The position numbers and the translations under genes are program-made. This document shows, in pieces, positions 14,021-28,604 of a DNA stretch of 64,000 nt. The DNA is from Lingula anatina (Eukaryota; Animalia; Brachiopoda), in the NCBI GenBank assembly GCA_051362555.1, contig CM120640.1, positions 28,420,503 to 28,484,502 of the forward strand. The letters are read 5' to 3'. Position 1 is the stretch's first letter. Every line of letters begins with the position of its first letter. A model generated the notes under the pieces. The model was not told the origin of the DNA, ran no database searches, and worked only from the letters and a program-made list of their open reading frames with translations.

Positions 14021-14358
14021 AGGGATAATAACTCTTCGTATGAGATCTATATTTCACAATAAAAACATTGTGAATAACTCATAGAAATATAATATATACT
14101 GTTTTACCACAAAAACTGCAGTTATAGCTCGAAATTCTGATATTTGAGCTTGTCTTTAAACCACGTGACCTCCATTGATGGCTATACTCTGTTAAAATCT
14201 CTTCAGAGATTTTAACAAAAAAACAAACTTTTTAGAAAAAAACCAGGGACTAACTTTGAATGTAAAAATGGATTTATTAACCATTGGTAAGTATGGGAAA
14301 ATTGTTGTTTACTCCAGGAAAATTCATTTTTTGGCCGAAACGAAGAGTTATTATCCCT
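14021..14358. mobile_element. Non-autonomous Kolobok-type MITE upstream of the glucanase gene
   Basis: Perfect 19-bp TIRs AGGGATAATAACTCTTCGT (14021-14039) / ACGAAGAGTTATTATCCCT (14340-14358), TTAA TSD on both sides, and an internal hairpin TGTTAAAATCTC-ttca-GAGATTTTAACA. Confidence 0.85.
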
Positions 14359-14733
14359 TTAATTGAAGCGGATCCAAACCCAAAAGTTGGGATCAGAAAA
14401 CCGGTCGCGTGCAGGAAATGTTTGCGTTGCATACTATTTTATCTTTTCTCTAAACATTCTTATCCTACAAAGTTAGTGACATCCTTTCCAGATCAGTCAC
14501 AAGGCTGTTGGATAAATAGGGAATAGACGTTCAAGAGCGGACCATAGACATTTACGGTATATACAGATATATATATATAGATATAAAACATTTTCCAGCG
14601 TGGGAAGAAAGCTGTACCAGTAAATATAAAGATCGATGCTCTGATTGATATTTATTGATAAAAAGGTGGTATTTATAATATTACCTGTAGACATTAAATC
14701 TCTTATTTTCTTGAATTTTAGCTCATCCCAAAG

Positions 14734-16697
14734 ATGAGGTTTCTTATTGGCGTTGTGATATTGGGGTGCCTTATGGAGCCAGCACTCGCTCAATCCGGAG
14801 GACCAATTATTCAGCCGATGAAAATTTCACAGCTAAGTCCACGTGGTCTCAAGTTTGAATATCCAGGTTGTAATGATTGCGATTATTGTTGTTATATTAT
14901 GTTCATATGTTCATGAATTATATTTCAAAACATGTTTCAAAAGCCGAGGAATGTAAGTTATGTAACTATTACCAAATTATTATTTCAGCCATCATATCAT
15001 TAATGTCCTGTACTGCACGTGGTCCCATGCAATTTAGTTGAAAAACCTAAAGATGTCGTTATATTTTATTGCTATTTGCTATACAATTCTTGATCTTGTA
15101 TTGCCTTTTTTTTAAACGGTTCAGCAATGATAAAAACTTCAGATAAATGTAGTTATGTTTAAAGGTCATATTTTTGTATAAAGTACGCAAGTGTCTTTAT
15201 CTATCTCAGATATTTTGGATCAATTCAATATTCATACTATTCAATCTACTCATTTTCAGACCACCAAGGTGTAACACTGGTTGGTCTTCACTACAGTGTC
15301 AATAAAGTCGTGCGTGACGTAGCCCCGGGAGATGTTAATGTCGATATCAGGACCAAAACAGGTAAGATATTATTATCTCGACTAAGAAAGTCCGTACAGT
15401 TAAACGAGTATATTTTATTATTACGTTAAACAGTGTATATACAAACTGATGTATGGATATGTAAAACCATCCCTATCCATGTGAATAAGAATGGGTTCCT
15501 ATCCCTAGATCGATCTTACAGGATCGGTCCATCTCCACGCTAAGTTGCTTTGGGACGCCCACTAATGCTGCTTAACGATAGTTAATTACTCCCTATCAGC
15601 CTCAGCAGGCGTGACAGACATCTATGCCGCCCAAGTTTATTGCAATTAAGCGGGAATCCCCTAGGAGATAGTTCGATCCAAAGTTAGTACGATAGGGTCT
15701 GGGAATGGTCTCTTAGGGATGGGAACCCGGTCTGAGTCCATCAAGATAAAAAATCAGCTCAATTTATAAAGATAAAAAAACAGCCATGAATTATGCTCAA
15801 TCACTTTCATGCAATACCTGCATTAATAACAAACCAAATATTTTCTAAAACTTTTGAATGAACGCTTCTTTGAATATTTTAGGTGGGAAGTGGGTGTACG
15901 AAGACAGCACCACGGAGGTGAAGCCTGGCGACACCGTCCACTACTGGTATCTGGTGGTCATTGAAGGCCAGGGCGGCCATAATGACCTCAACTTGCAATG
16001 GACAGTGCCAGGTATGGGCCTTCTTAGCTTCAAGTTAATGGGTTTCTTTCTATGGGTTCATTTGATCAATATCGTTGGTGCTGATGAAGTTATCAAAATT
16101 AAATGAGCCGGTACATGTAGCTACTTGTCAGCCTTGCTATTGTTTACATGGCATTTATTGTTTAAATTTAAAACTCGCCTTTTTCTCAAAGCTTACACTT
16201 GTGCAAAACTGGCTACTACTATTTTAATCTCAGTTCCAACTACGCCTTCACCATCAACCTCGACGTCCACGCACTCGTCATCAACTACCACACCAGGGTC
16301 GTCAGGGAGTACGACCTCTCCCTCTCACCATTCTACTAAGTCGACTACCACTACTACCAACAAACCAGGCCCAGGGCCTACGTCCCCTCCCCAGCCACGT
16401 AAGTACTGAAGAGAGGCTGGAAAATTAAAGGCCTCATTTGTTGATGCGACTGATTCAAAACTGAAACTCTAAGGCAATACTCTAACATTTCTGCGATCCT
16501 GAGTTTCGTGCATTCCCTTATATCAGTTTTCTTTTTACGGAACGTAGCGCTGAGATATACAAGTATATGCCTGTATATTGTAATTACATTTTTCTCAGAA
16601 GTAGTTTTTATGTTTTAAAGCCTTAAAGGAACTTTTCAAGGAAAAATTTAGGGAAATACGATTTTCTAATAAAAAAATGTGGCTATAGCAGGGTGTA

Positions 16698-16731
<34 letters not shown>

Positions 16732-18652
16732 GACGCAAAATAAAGCTGTGAAGATATGTTTTTCAAATTCCACAGATCCAACTGGTTGTACAACTTACCC
16801 GTGCGTCATATTTGAAGACGATTTCGACACGTTGGATTTCTCCAAATGGCAACATGAGATCACTTTGGGAGGTGGCGGGGTTAGTCATTTTTCGTTATTG
16901 TTCATTTGCGAGATGTTTTTTCAAACCAAAATACATAGAAAGTTCTGACAGACAAAATCATTTCAGAATGGATTTTAGGTATTTCTACCATTTAAGATTG
17001 CTCAAAACGTTAAGATTTGTCATCTTTTACGAATAAAAGATAGATTAACATTTGAGAGTAATCTGAGTGGTATCTGAGGATCAACAATAAAAAATGGATT
17101 GAAAAATTTTAAACGTGTACAGGTAAATATACTTGAAATGGAAAATTAATACATAAAAGATAGGTTAAAAACGAAAATTTAGCACATATTGATAATACCG
17201 ATAACATATCTTCATTAGCATTTTGGTTTGTGTTATAATTATTTTCTTATTGTAGAACTGGGAGTTTGAGTATTATACAAACAATCGCAGCAACACGTAC
17301 GTCAGAAACGGCATCCTATTCATTAAACCTACCTTGACGAGTGACAAATTCAGCGAACAATTCTTATCCAACGGTGTGATGGACATTTGGGGTACGTAGA
17401 CTAGTCAAACAGATAAATAGAATAGTTGTCTAACACCTTTTGTAAACTTTTGTAAAAAAAATCATACTTAAAGAGGTGTGGATTGACTTAGTTGTTGCTG
17501 GCATTCTTTAAACCTGACAAGGTGAAAAGAAATACTCGCAATTTTATCTAAGAGATAAATGTTTGCTTGCACAGTTAAGTGAATATGTGTGCCTGTGTGC
17601 GAACATGTGATGCGTCAGAGGGAAGAATAAAAAGGGAAGTTAATTGAGGAAGAACAAAATGTCATTTAAATACTATACAAGACTTTAAATGATTAAGAAT
17701 GACATAGCGATGTGAATATTCGGCTGTGGTGTGACTGAATGTCATCTTCGCACGCCTTCAAATTTGGCTTAGGTGGAGGTCCTGCGGACCTGTGCACCAG
17801 CAATGCGTTCTGGGGCTGCGAGCGACAGGGTACTGGGAGCCACTACATTAACCCCATCCAGTCTGGTCGTCTACGCACAGTGAACAGCTTTAACTTCAAG
17901 TACGGAAAAGTGGAGGTGGAGGCCAAGATGCCGACGGGAGATTGGATCTGGCCTGGTAACATGATTTCTTGAATAACTAGGAAAAGTACTCAAAGAACGT
18001 ACACCTCTTCGGAGGCAGCTCGGTTTTCATTATCAATTGTTTAAATAATTTTAATTAACATGGACCGCCAGCAAAATGTAATCAATTCAATGTTATCCCA
18101 TTTCTAACCTATCCTGAATATGTAATCAAAATCCGTCACTAACCTCTTGAGTTAGGCTTTTAAATAACAAACCAATAAACATAGTAAAGTTACATGTGTC
18201 GCTTTAACACGCAATAAAAAAGTTCGAACCAACTTAAACAATGATCAAATCTTTTTTCTTACTGAAATATTTTCGAATTTATGTAAATCCATCAATCATG
18301 TTTTACCAAATGCACACCTATGTACCTTTGAGGCGTTCCCTTGACAGTAGTTTCATTACGGTACTAGCTAACACAAAATGAAAACGATTTTTCTGACTAG
18401 CTATCTGGATGTTACCACGCTACCAAAACTACGGCGAGTGGCCGGCCTCCGGGGAGATAGACATCGTAGAGAGCCGAGGTAACGCTGACCTTAAGGACGA
18501 GAAAGGCGAGCCCCAAGGAGTAAACACATTTGCATCCACACTTCACTGGGGACCTTTTTATGGCGCAGACCCGTTTGAGAAGACCCATGGCGGCGCGTAT
18601 GCATCTTCCAATATTAGAATGAAAATATACCTCAATTTCACACAAAGAAATA

Positions 18653-18694
<42 letters not shown>

Positions 18695-18913
18695 GTAGCA
18701 TTACATACAGTATTTTGGTAAATCATAGTGTTTTAGGGAAAAAGAATACATTGTTTTTATCGCTTCTTCTTGATTGAGCTTCTTCTTGAATATTCTCCAT
18801 TTATTATTTTATAAATAACGTCTGATTTTAAAGAGTTGCAAAGTCGGGGACGTTTGGCACAGCATTCCATAATTACACCATGGAATGGGACGAGGCTGGA
18901 ATAAGGCAAGTTA

Positions 18914-18963
<50 letters not shown>

Positions 18964-19851
18964 AACCAATTAACTTTTATCTTTCTTTTTTATCACAAGT
19001 AATGATTAAATGTCAAGTTGACCCTTTGCCTTTCTCTTCAAAGATGCACATCCCTTGTTTAACAAAGTGGTGTTTTAAACATTGGAAGAATTTTATTTAG
19101 TATTGAAAAGCGACTTACTACTGTGAGTGCTATTGTTATACGCTCATCTTTATAACCGTTACAGTGTTACGTTGTTTTTCATGCAGAACGTTCCTCGACG
19201 GTGACAAAATCCTAGATGTCGCTCCAGACGAGGGCGGGTTCTGGAAGCTTGGCGATTTCAGCAATACTATACCTGGCTCAGACAATCCTTGGAAAGGAGC
19301 ACCAAACCCCAGAATGGCACCATTTGATCAGGAAGTAGGGATGGGCAGCATTGTATCAATTGAAAAAGCACTATAAAAAAAACTGAAAATCATCTGCCGT
19401 TGCGAAACTTTGAAGTAAAATTAATTCCTCCTTAAATTTCTAAAGATGACCAAGGGTTATGTGCATTTGATATTTTAGTCATACAAAATATATCATAACA
19501 GCTAAACAGCTGTATGTACAATTACCTATTTTACAAGACTGTAGTTAACAGAATATTTTTTTAAATCGAACAAACGATCTTATTTATACATTGGTTATTT
19601 TTTCTCTTCGTTTACAGTTTTATCTACTTATGAACGTAGCCGTAGGAGGCACAAATGGTTTCTTTCAAGACAATTGGGTCAATAATGGCCCAGCCAAGCC
19701 ATGGAAAAATGCCTCCCCAACCGCTCCCAGGGATTTCTGGCTGGCCAAGAATAGCTGGTATCCCACTTGGACCCCGACCGAAAACAACGGGGAGAATGCA
19801 GCCTTGCAAGTAAAGAGCGTCCGGGTCTGGAAATTAAAACCCGACCCTTAA
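14734..19851 (+). CDS. Secreted beta-1,3-glucan-binding protein / endo-beta-1,3-glucanase (signal peptide + CBM39-like domain + S/T/P linker + GH16), ~533 aa
   Basis: 11 phase-consistent exons: 14734-14866, 15260-15361, 15883-16011, 16234-16398, 16776-16879, 17256-17391, 17773-17955, 18401-18596, 18834-18905, 19187-19334, 19618-19851. Motifs: IFEDDFDTLD, GGGGNWEFEYY, PIQSGRLRT, GDWIWPAIWMLP, catalytic WPASGEIDIVESRGN, MAPFDQEFYLLMNVAVGG. AATAAA at 20072. Confidence 0.95.
17975..18190. mobile_element. Degenerate interspersed repeat, probably Helentron-associated (HINE/DINE-1-like)
   Basis: Reverse-complement similarity to 46228-46440 (acctcttcggaggcagct ... caaaatgtaatcaatt ... cctgaatatgtaatcaaaatccgtc ... 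ttgagtta). Confidence 0.45.
18656..18692. repeat. (CT)n microsatellite
   Basis: Direct reading; lies in a glucanase intron. Confidence 0.95.
18916..18961. repeat. (AT)n microsatellite
   Basis: Direct reading; starts 10 nt into the GC-AG intron. Confidence 0.95.
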
Positions 19852-21966
19852 GCACAATACTTAAGTGCGCTTCCCAAAAAATTTAAAATTTTCTTTCTTT
19901 CATGGGCGCTAAATTTCACTAGAAAATAGAGACAAGTCTTAGTTGGTAGACTGTATCTTGCATTTACATGGTGCAAATTTTGACCGGATGCATAACAAGA
20001 ACACACTCAAGATAACCATTATGCTGTCGCGTCACTGACTGCATTGTACATGTTACTAATAATTACTGCTGAATAAATGAATAAACAGTAAGCTCCAATG
20101 GATTATATCTTGGGTATGATAGGAAACATGAAATCTACAGGTATCACACTTCAGGTACAGTTTCTACGACATTCTTCATTTTAGGAAGAATCGCATAATG
20201 CCCGATGTTGACTCAATGGATTTCTCCTAAACTGCTTGTTAACTTCAATTGTTAGGCAATTAAAAAATCACGGACAGGAACTTCTCTGTTAATTGTCCAT
20301 ATGTAATTTTTTAAAAATATATTTTTTTTAATCAAAAAATTAATTTTAGGAAGTTGACAAAATTGGAGATCTAACAACAACGGAGTCCAGTTAAACTAAA
20401 ACTACCTCCATTACAAATTCTGAAATTATTGACGCAAAATAAATAAAACAAATGTAATTACACAAAGACATAATGCTTGCATTGGTGAGCATATAAATAT
20501 ACTAAATAAGGGCATGTCCACTATAAACATGCGAAAATCTTGTTTTCACTAAACTCTTAACTCCGTCCTTACCTCAGGATAAAATTAACAGCTTTATTTT
20601 AAGTTTTCGAGCATAGGAGAAACAACACTTGATCTGTACACTAGAGATATGTTAAAAGTTATAACCACCCTTAAAACGCTATAAAAACGTTTCAAATTAC
20701 CCCACCTCTATATGCAAAAAGTAAGTGACAGGTCTAGGTCACGTGGTTCTGTGACGCAATTTGAGATGTTGGGCCGTACTGAAATTAAGAAATAGCCTAA
20801 AAGATCTGTTGGGCACACGCAATATAAGACACCGCCGTCGTTATGCCTCGGCGTGTTGCCATGGGATGTACTAAAACGTGCAACAAATGATCTGGGGTTT
20901 ATATGTTTACCTTTCCAAAGGGACCAGATTTGGGAGAAACGTGACAATTAATTTGAAAAGGGAAAGCTTCACACAAACTTGACCTAATTGTACCTCGGGA
21001 ATCACGCCAAAACATATGGAGCTACCTTGGATGTATCAAAACAGTAAAACTGATTTGCATCAAAACCTATCATGTTATTGCTGTTGCTATTATTGTGTCT
21101 TGAGAAATTAAAGTGATAAAACAGAGGTTAAAATAAAAAAGTAGTGGCCGAAGAAGAAAAAAGTGTTTCATTTCCTTTCTCCCAAAACCAATTTTAGCAA
21201 GCAAGTAGGTTCTTGGAAACATATTTTAGTGTCTAATCCTCGTCTGTCAGTCTAAAGTTGTTGTTGATCAGAAATGATAAAATAACCCAACATTGTGAAC
21301 AAAAACACATGCACTCAGTGTTTTACCTATGAATGTATCATTCTGATATTGAGAGCACTCTCGGTGCTATTATTGTTTACGATCCACTTGACCATCGGGT
21401 TTTCGTAATCCGCTCCCACAGAAGTGGAAACCATTCATTCATACGAAAACAACATCCGGTCGTATATCCATTCATAATGCTTCGCGATAAGAGGCAGTTG
21501 TGTTGCATTAGTCAGCACAATTTTCAAACAATCTTTACATAATTAAAGAGATATCCGTGGTAGGCTATTGGTTGTATGTTCAAAACGCATTAATATATCA
21601 TATGTACTAGTACCAGTCCCAGAACAAGTTTGGCGGCATCAGCTCAGCGTGTGCTTCGATCGACTTCAGAAGCACGTTATAACAGAAGAAGCCACCACGC
21701 ACTTGAACCCAAGACACATTATCTCAAAATTACCTAGAGAGTTTTATAGAAAAGTAAAAAGCAATACCATCTTTCTTTCAATGGAGTATTAATTTTGTTC
21801 CCTCCGTTAAATCTGTAAAGGAAAAAATAACGAACCAACAGGTGCTCAAATTTTACAATCTACTACATGAATTAAAAACACTCTTGACGCCTAAAACACA
21901 TGGCGCTGTCCCAGCTACCTGCTTCTCGCGTCAATGTACACAACCATAAAATGAAGAGCGATTTTG

Positions 21967-21973
21967 TATAAAA
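21967..21973 (+). promoter_or_regulatory. TATA box of the serine protease gene
   Basis: TATAAAA about 60 nt upstream of the ATG at 22028. Confidence 0.55.
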
Positions 21974-22027
21974 GGGTAGACTATAGTTGGTTATAATCAC
22001 CGGACATCTACCTACCTTCCAGGAATC

Positions 22028-24346
<2,319 letters not shown>

Positions 24347-25468
24347 AAGCACCATGCGACGTCCAGACGTTCCTCAAAGCAGGTTGATAACCTTGGACTG
24401 TTTAAGATTTTGTTCTTCAATGTTGTACTTGATCCCAGCTCATAATAAAATTTTCAGTCGGTTAAAAGAAAAATCTTGAGGAAATTTCTTATGATCCAAA
24501 ACATGACAAATAGATGGACATTTGAAAAAGTGGAAAACTGTTAATACCAATACAGTGCAAAGTCAGTTGGAGCATTGATATGATTTGGAGAAAAACCAAG
24601 TTGCCACGACAAATACGAATAGAAAGAAATCGTCCTTTCGACCAGAGACAGTGTATCTTTGGTTCAACTCAAACTCGATTGTCACCTTGATTGGTTAGCC
24701 AACCCTAAAAAAACGACAGAAAACTACTTAACAACACCAAGCTACAGATTCCACAACGCCATGTTATCTTTTTTGCTTCTTAGCCAGATTGTTTAACCAC
24801 TCATGCGACAGTCGAGCGTGGCTCAACTGTGTTCACAAGCTTCTCCCAACGCAATCGGAAGTCGTCTCACCTACAGCATCAACATTTACCCTTTGTACAC
24901 TCACGCGATCAATCACTCTAAGTAAAGGTAATCAATCAATTTGACAACCAAAAAACATAATTTTACTTGCCATTTCACTTGTGTCCCTTTTACTTGCCAA
25001 GTTAAAAAGGAGCTTTTACTCAATGATGCCTTTTTTTATTGAGAAAGAATTGGCAACAATTTAAGCATCTCCATCTTCGTAAATCTATAACGGAAAATGA
25101 TCCACTCTAGAAGTTGACCTTAATTTAAAGGCATACCAAAGGGTATTATTTCATATTTCACGAAAATAATATTTGAACAGGGATTCTCTGCCTTTTTTTC
25201 AACGCTAAATGTAAACCTTGGTCGTTTTCGCCAACTCTTATTAGAATGATTATGCGATTTCGCGCGCAGCAGTAATGGGTCATACATTACTACGTCATTT
25301 GGTGGACTTTTACATACGAAAATTTAAAGGAGAGGCAGTCTTAATTTTTTTCTTTTTTTTTTTTTTTTGGGGGGGGGGGTGATTTGGTTCATCCCTTGGT
25401 GTGTCGACTTTATTATCATCGGACAAAGAAACTTCTTGCCATGGCTTTGTGTGTCATAGGAAATCTAA

Positions 25469-25725
25469 GGCTTCGTTCGCATGCAATGTCTATTTTCTAA
25501 TTTCTATTTTCTATTTGCGCTATCTTATGATCACGGTCTGTGCCCTGAATATCCCGCCGCATAATTACTGGCAGCGCGAGCCAGTTACTTACAGTAACTT
25601 ATAGTAACTGGCTCGCGCTGCCAGTAATTACGCCGCGGGATATTCAGGCCACAGACCGTGATCATAAGACATACCGCAAATAGAAAATAGAATTTAGAAA
25701 ATAGACATTGCATGTGAACGAAGCC
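25469..25725. mobile_element. Foldback MITE, PIF/Harbinger type, copy 1
   Basis: Near-complete palindrome GGCTTCGTTC...GAACGAAGCC with a TAA TSD (25466-25468, 25726-25728) and subterminal (TATTTTC)n repeats. Confidence 0.9.
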
Positions 25726-27046
25726 TAAGCTCGCTTCAATCGACGTAGGGCAAATCCAGCGCTCAATGTTATAAAATGAATTTACCGCAAAGTTTCTTTT
25801 TTCTCATAGGTCTATACAAAATTAGAAAAAGAAATGTGCAAAGATCTGACGACTCCCTTTATTTTCAATTTTGCCAAATACATAGCAGAAGCAAAGGTCG
25901 GCAAAGGAGGTGGTAAAAGCTGTAGTGATTACCTTTATTTTTTTTTCATTCGCCTGTATTATTATCAATCCACACCCTGGTGTATATTGCATTTTTCATA
26001 AAACTTCCCATCGGTAGCTTGCTTTCACTTTTTACCCAATAATCCTATGGTTTTGGTGATTTCCCACGCTGTAAGCTAGGAATGAATGAAATGGGGGCGA
26101 GGTGGTTTACAATGGTTGATACCATTGCGGCCACTGGGTGACGGTCTCCAAAGGTATGAAGAATAAGTAGTGTACGGTCTGTTAACCTGCTAACACAGAC
26201 AAGGGCCTGCGCTTTTCTCCTGTGTAATAATAGGCTCAAACAGCGCCGTGTTGTTGGGCCTAAAGAAGTCTCATTGTTATGCTAAGTAGGCTCAGGTAGA
26301 AGGAGTTGTCGCGCATGTTTATCCATTGACTCAAGAGGCGGCGGAAAAGAGGTGGAGACCGATCCACCACACCTAGCAGCTTCCCTCTGGATGTCATAGT
26401 TCTCTACATTGTCAACATCTGTTCATATTTCGGACCAGGAAGTGAGTCAAAAACTTCTACATGTATTGTGGTGATTGTTGTATAGGAAAGGTGAGGAAAA
26501 CGTGTCTTTGGCTGACAGAAAAAAACGTTAGAACGGTAACGGCTGATCTTAAATAGCGGTAGCCGGCCAGGTAGCACTGATAAAGGTCACCATGATCGAG
26601 TGATTGGTAATTTCATCGGGTTCATTTGAAATCCTTCCCTTTTTTGACACATTGATGTACAGGTAGGAGTTTTACAACTGGTACTACAACGGCAACTTTA
26701 GTAGAATTTAGTGAATGTGAGAAAAGTGTCGAAAAGTGGACTAACTTAGTAATAGACCTACAACTAGTTTCACAATGAATTGTTTAGTTTACTTGACGTC
26801 AGTGAGAGTATATATTTGTCTGACGAAAAAAAGCTGTATTTATCTGGTACATACTAAGTTTCTAAACACTTAGTACTAGCAGTGTCGTGTTTTCCCTTGC
26901 GGTATACCTATGTTACAGACCGCATGGGACATAACGGAGTACTTATACTACGATCTACTAATCGGCAAATGTTTTCCAGCACACTTGCATACTAGTAGGT
27001 ATCATATAAATGTTAGTTTGTAAATTGATTTTTTTTTCATTTCCAG

Positions 27047-27112
27047 AAGGCCATCTTCCAACCCCCACAGCTCATCGCTTAAAGCTTTAAGTCAGCGATG
27101 CACACTTCATAG
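27047..27112 (+). other. Probable non-coding 5' UTR exon of the 34517 gene
   Basis: Strong acceptor ttttttttcatttccag and perfect donor AG|gtaagt. The nearest downstream + strand coding exon has its acceptor at 34497. Confidence 0.5.
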
Positions 27113-28561
27113 GTAAGTCATATTCGTTACAGGCGGTAAAAAAAAATCCGTTACGCTTAATTATTATTTATTGATTTCATAATAGGGAAAAATAATATAA
27201 GTTATTTAAGAATGCTTGTGGAAGGTAAAAATAAGAGGTGGAATCTCCTGTAATAGGCAGCGTTATTCCTATTTGCTGTTGAAGAATACGTCAGTTTTTC
27301 CAATACGGGTGGTTGGAATGAATTTATCTTTAAGGCTTATTAAATGTAAAACATAGTGCTACAAGGTTTAATCTAACAACATAAAATCATTGAATTTTTT
27401 CCCTTAAGCAATGGTTTGAAAAAAATTGAATCATTCTTAATATTCACAAGTATGCCATCTGGTTTCTTAGTGATTTATTTGGGAGTTTGCCAACAGTTGC
27501 TGTAGCCTTATTATATTAAACCCCCGCCAATGTCCTATGTTTCCAGTTGGTTACCTGTAATTATTCGGATTAACTAGATTCATAATTAGCCAATGACTCT
27601 GACTGAACTCCAGAACACAAAAGCTGCAGTAAATACTCATTGGCAGGTTCTGCTATGTATAGAAAAGAATAATACAGGGGCAATTTCTTTTATAAGACAT
27701 TTCTATCAGCTTAAAGCAAACATGCTAAAAGAAATTGTTGCCCCGAGTTCAGGACAGCTTCCTTGTCTATTTACATGGAAATCCACAATTACTTGCACAG
27801 TAAACTTTATTCAATACAATCTTTACAAATCACTCAGAGAGAAAGTTTGGCTAGCTTGTTTTGTTGATATTTCTCAGATTGAACAGAGTATGGTGTCAGA
27901 AATGTGCCAATTAAGAGATTCCAAAGCCATTTTCACTTCCATTTCACCTACTACTGATCTGAACAAATACCATTGAGAAATAAGCAATGTTACAGTAGTA
28001 AAACAATTTTAAAGCCTGGATTGTTAAGAAATATATTAGTTAAAGACCTAATTGTCAGGTAATCTATAATTTGAAGACTCGATTGTCAAGCAATATATTT
28101 CAAGTATTTTAATTTATTGTGTGACGGTGACTTCACAAGCAAACAGAGGTTTTTACATCTTTCTTAGTAACTTAAAATCCACTAAGCTGTTCATGTAGTG
28201 GTCACTTGTCCACCTACTAACCATTTAGAATTTAATAAGTAACAGATGGCACACTGTCTAGTATAGAATTCAATCAATGACTGTGTTGGAAAGTCAACTG
28301 CACTTGTTACTCCTCAGTAGTTTGTTAGTGCTCAAGCGATCAATTTGACCACAAAAGGCCAAGCAGATGATGTTTGGGTAGACCACTGTTGCATGCAATG
28401 ATACACCTAGAGATGTTATATAACACACATTCATGTCTTTGGTAATACTTTTCTGGTCCAATATTTGGATTTGGCATATCACATGTGATTTGGCATTCTG
28501 GCTATAAGCTGGGAAGACATTTAGTCAGAAGCTTTACTTCATACCTGAGGCACTGAGGTGT

Positions 28562-28604
<43 letters not shown>

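Noticed and set aside
25560-25640. Repeated ttatagtaac units and palindromes that could suggest a CRISPR array or terminator
   Set aside because: They are the centre of a eukaryotic foldback MITE; there is no repeat-spacer periodicity and no cas genes.
25324-25862. Possible Kolobok remnant enclosing Harbinger MITE copy 1
   Set aside because: The putative ends (ttaaaggagaggcagtc / gacgactccctttatt) match too poorly.
27593-27976. 127-aa plus-strand ORF
   Set aside because: No splice signals, motifs or compositional support; lies within the probable 5' intron of the 34517 gene.
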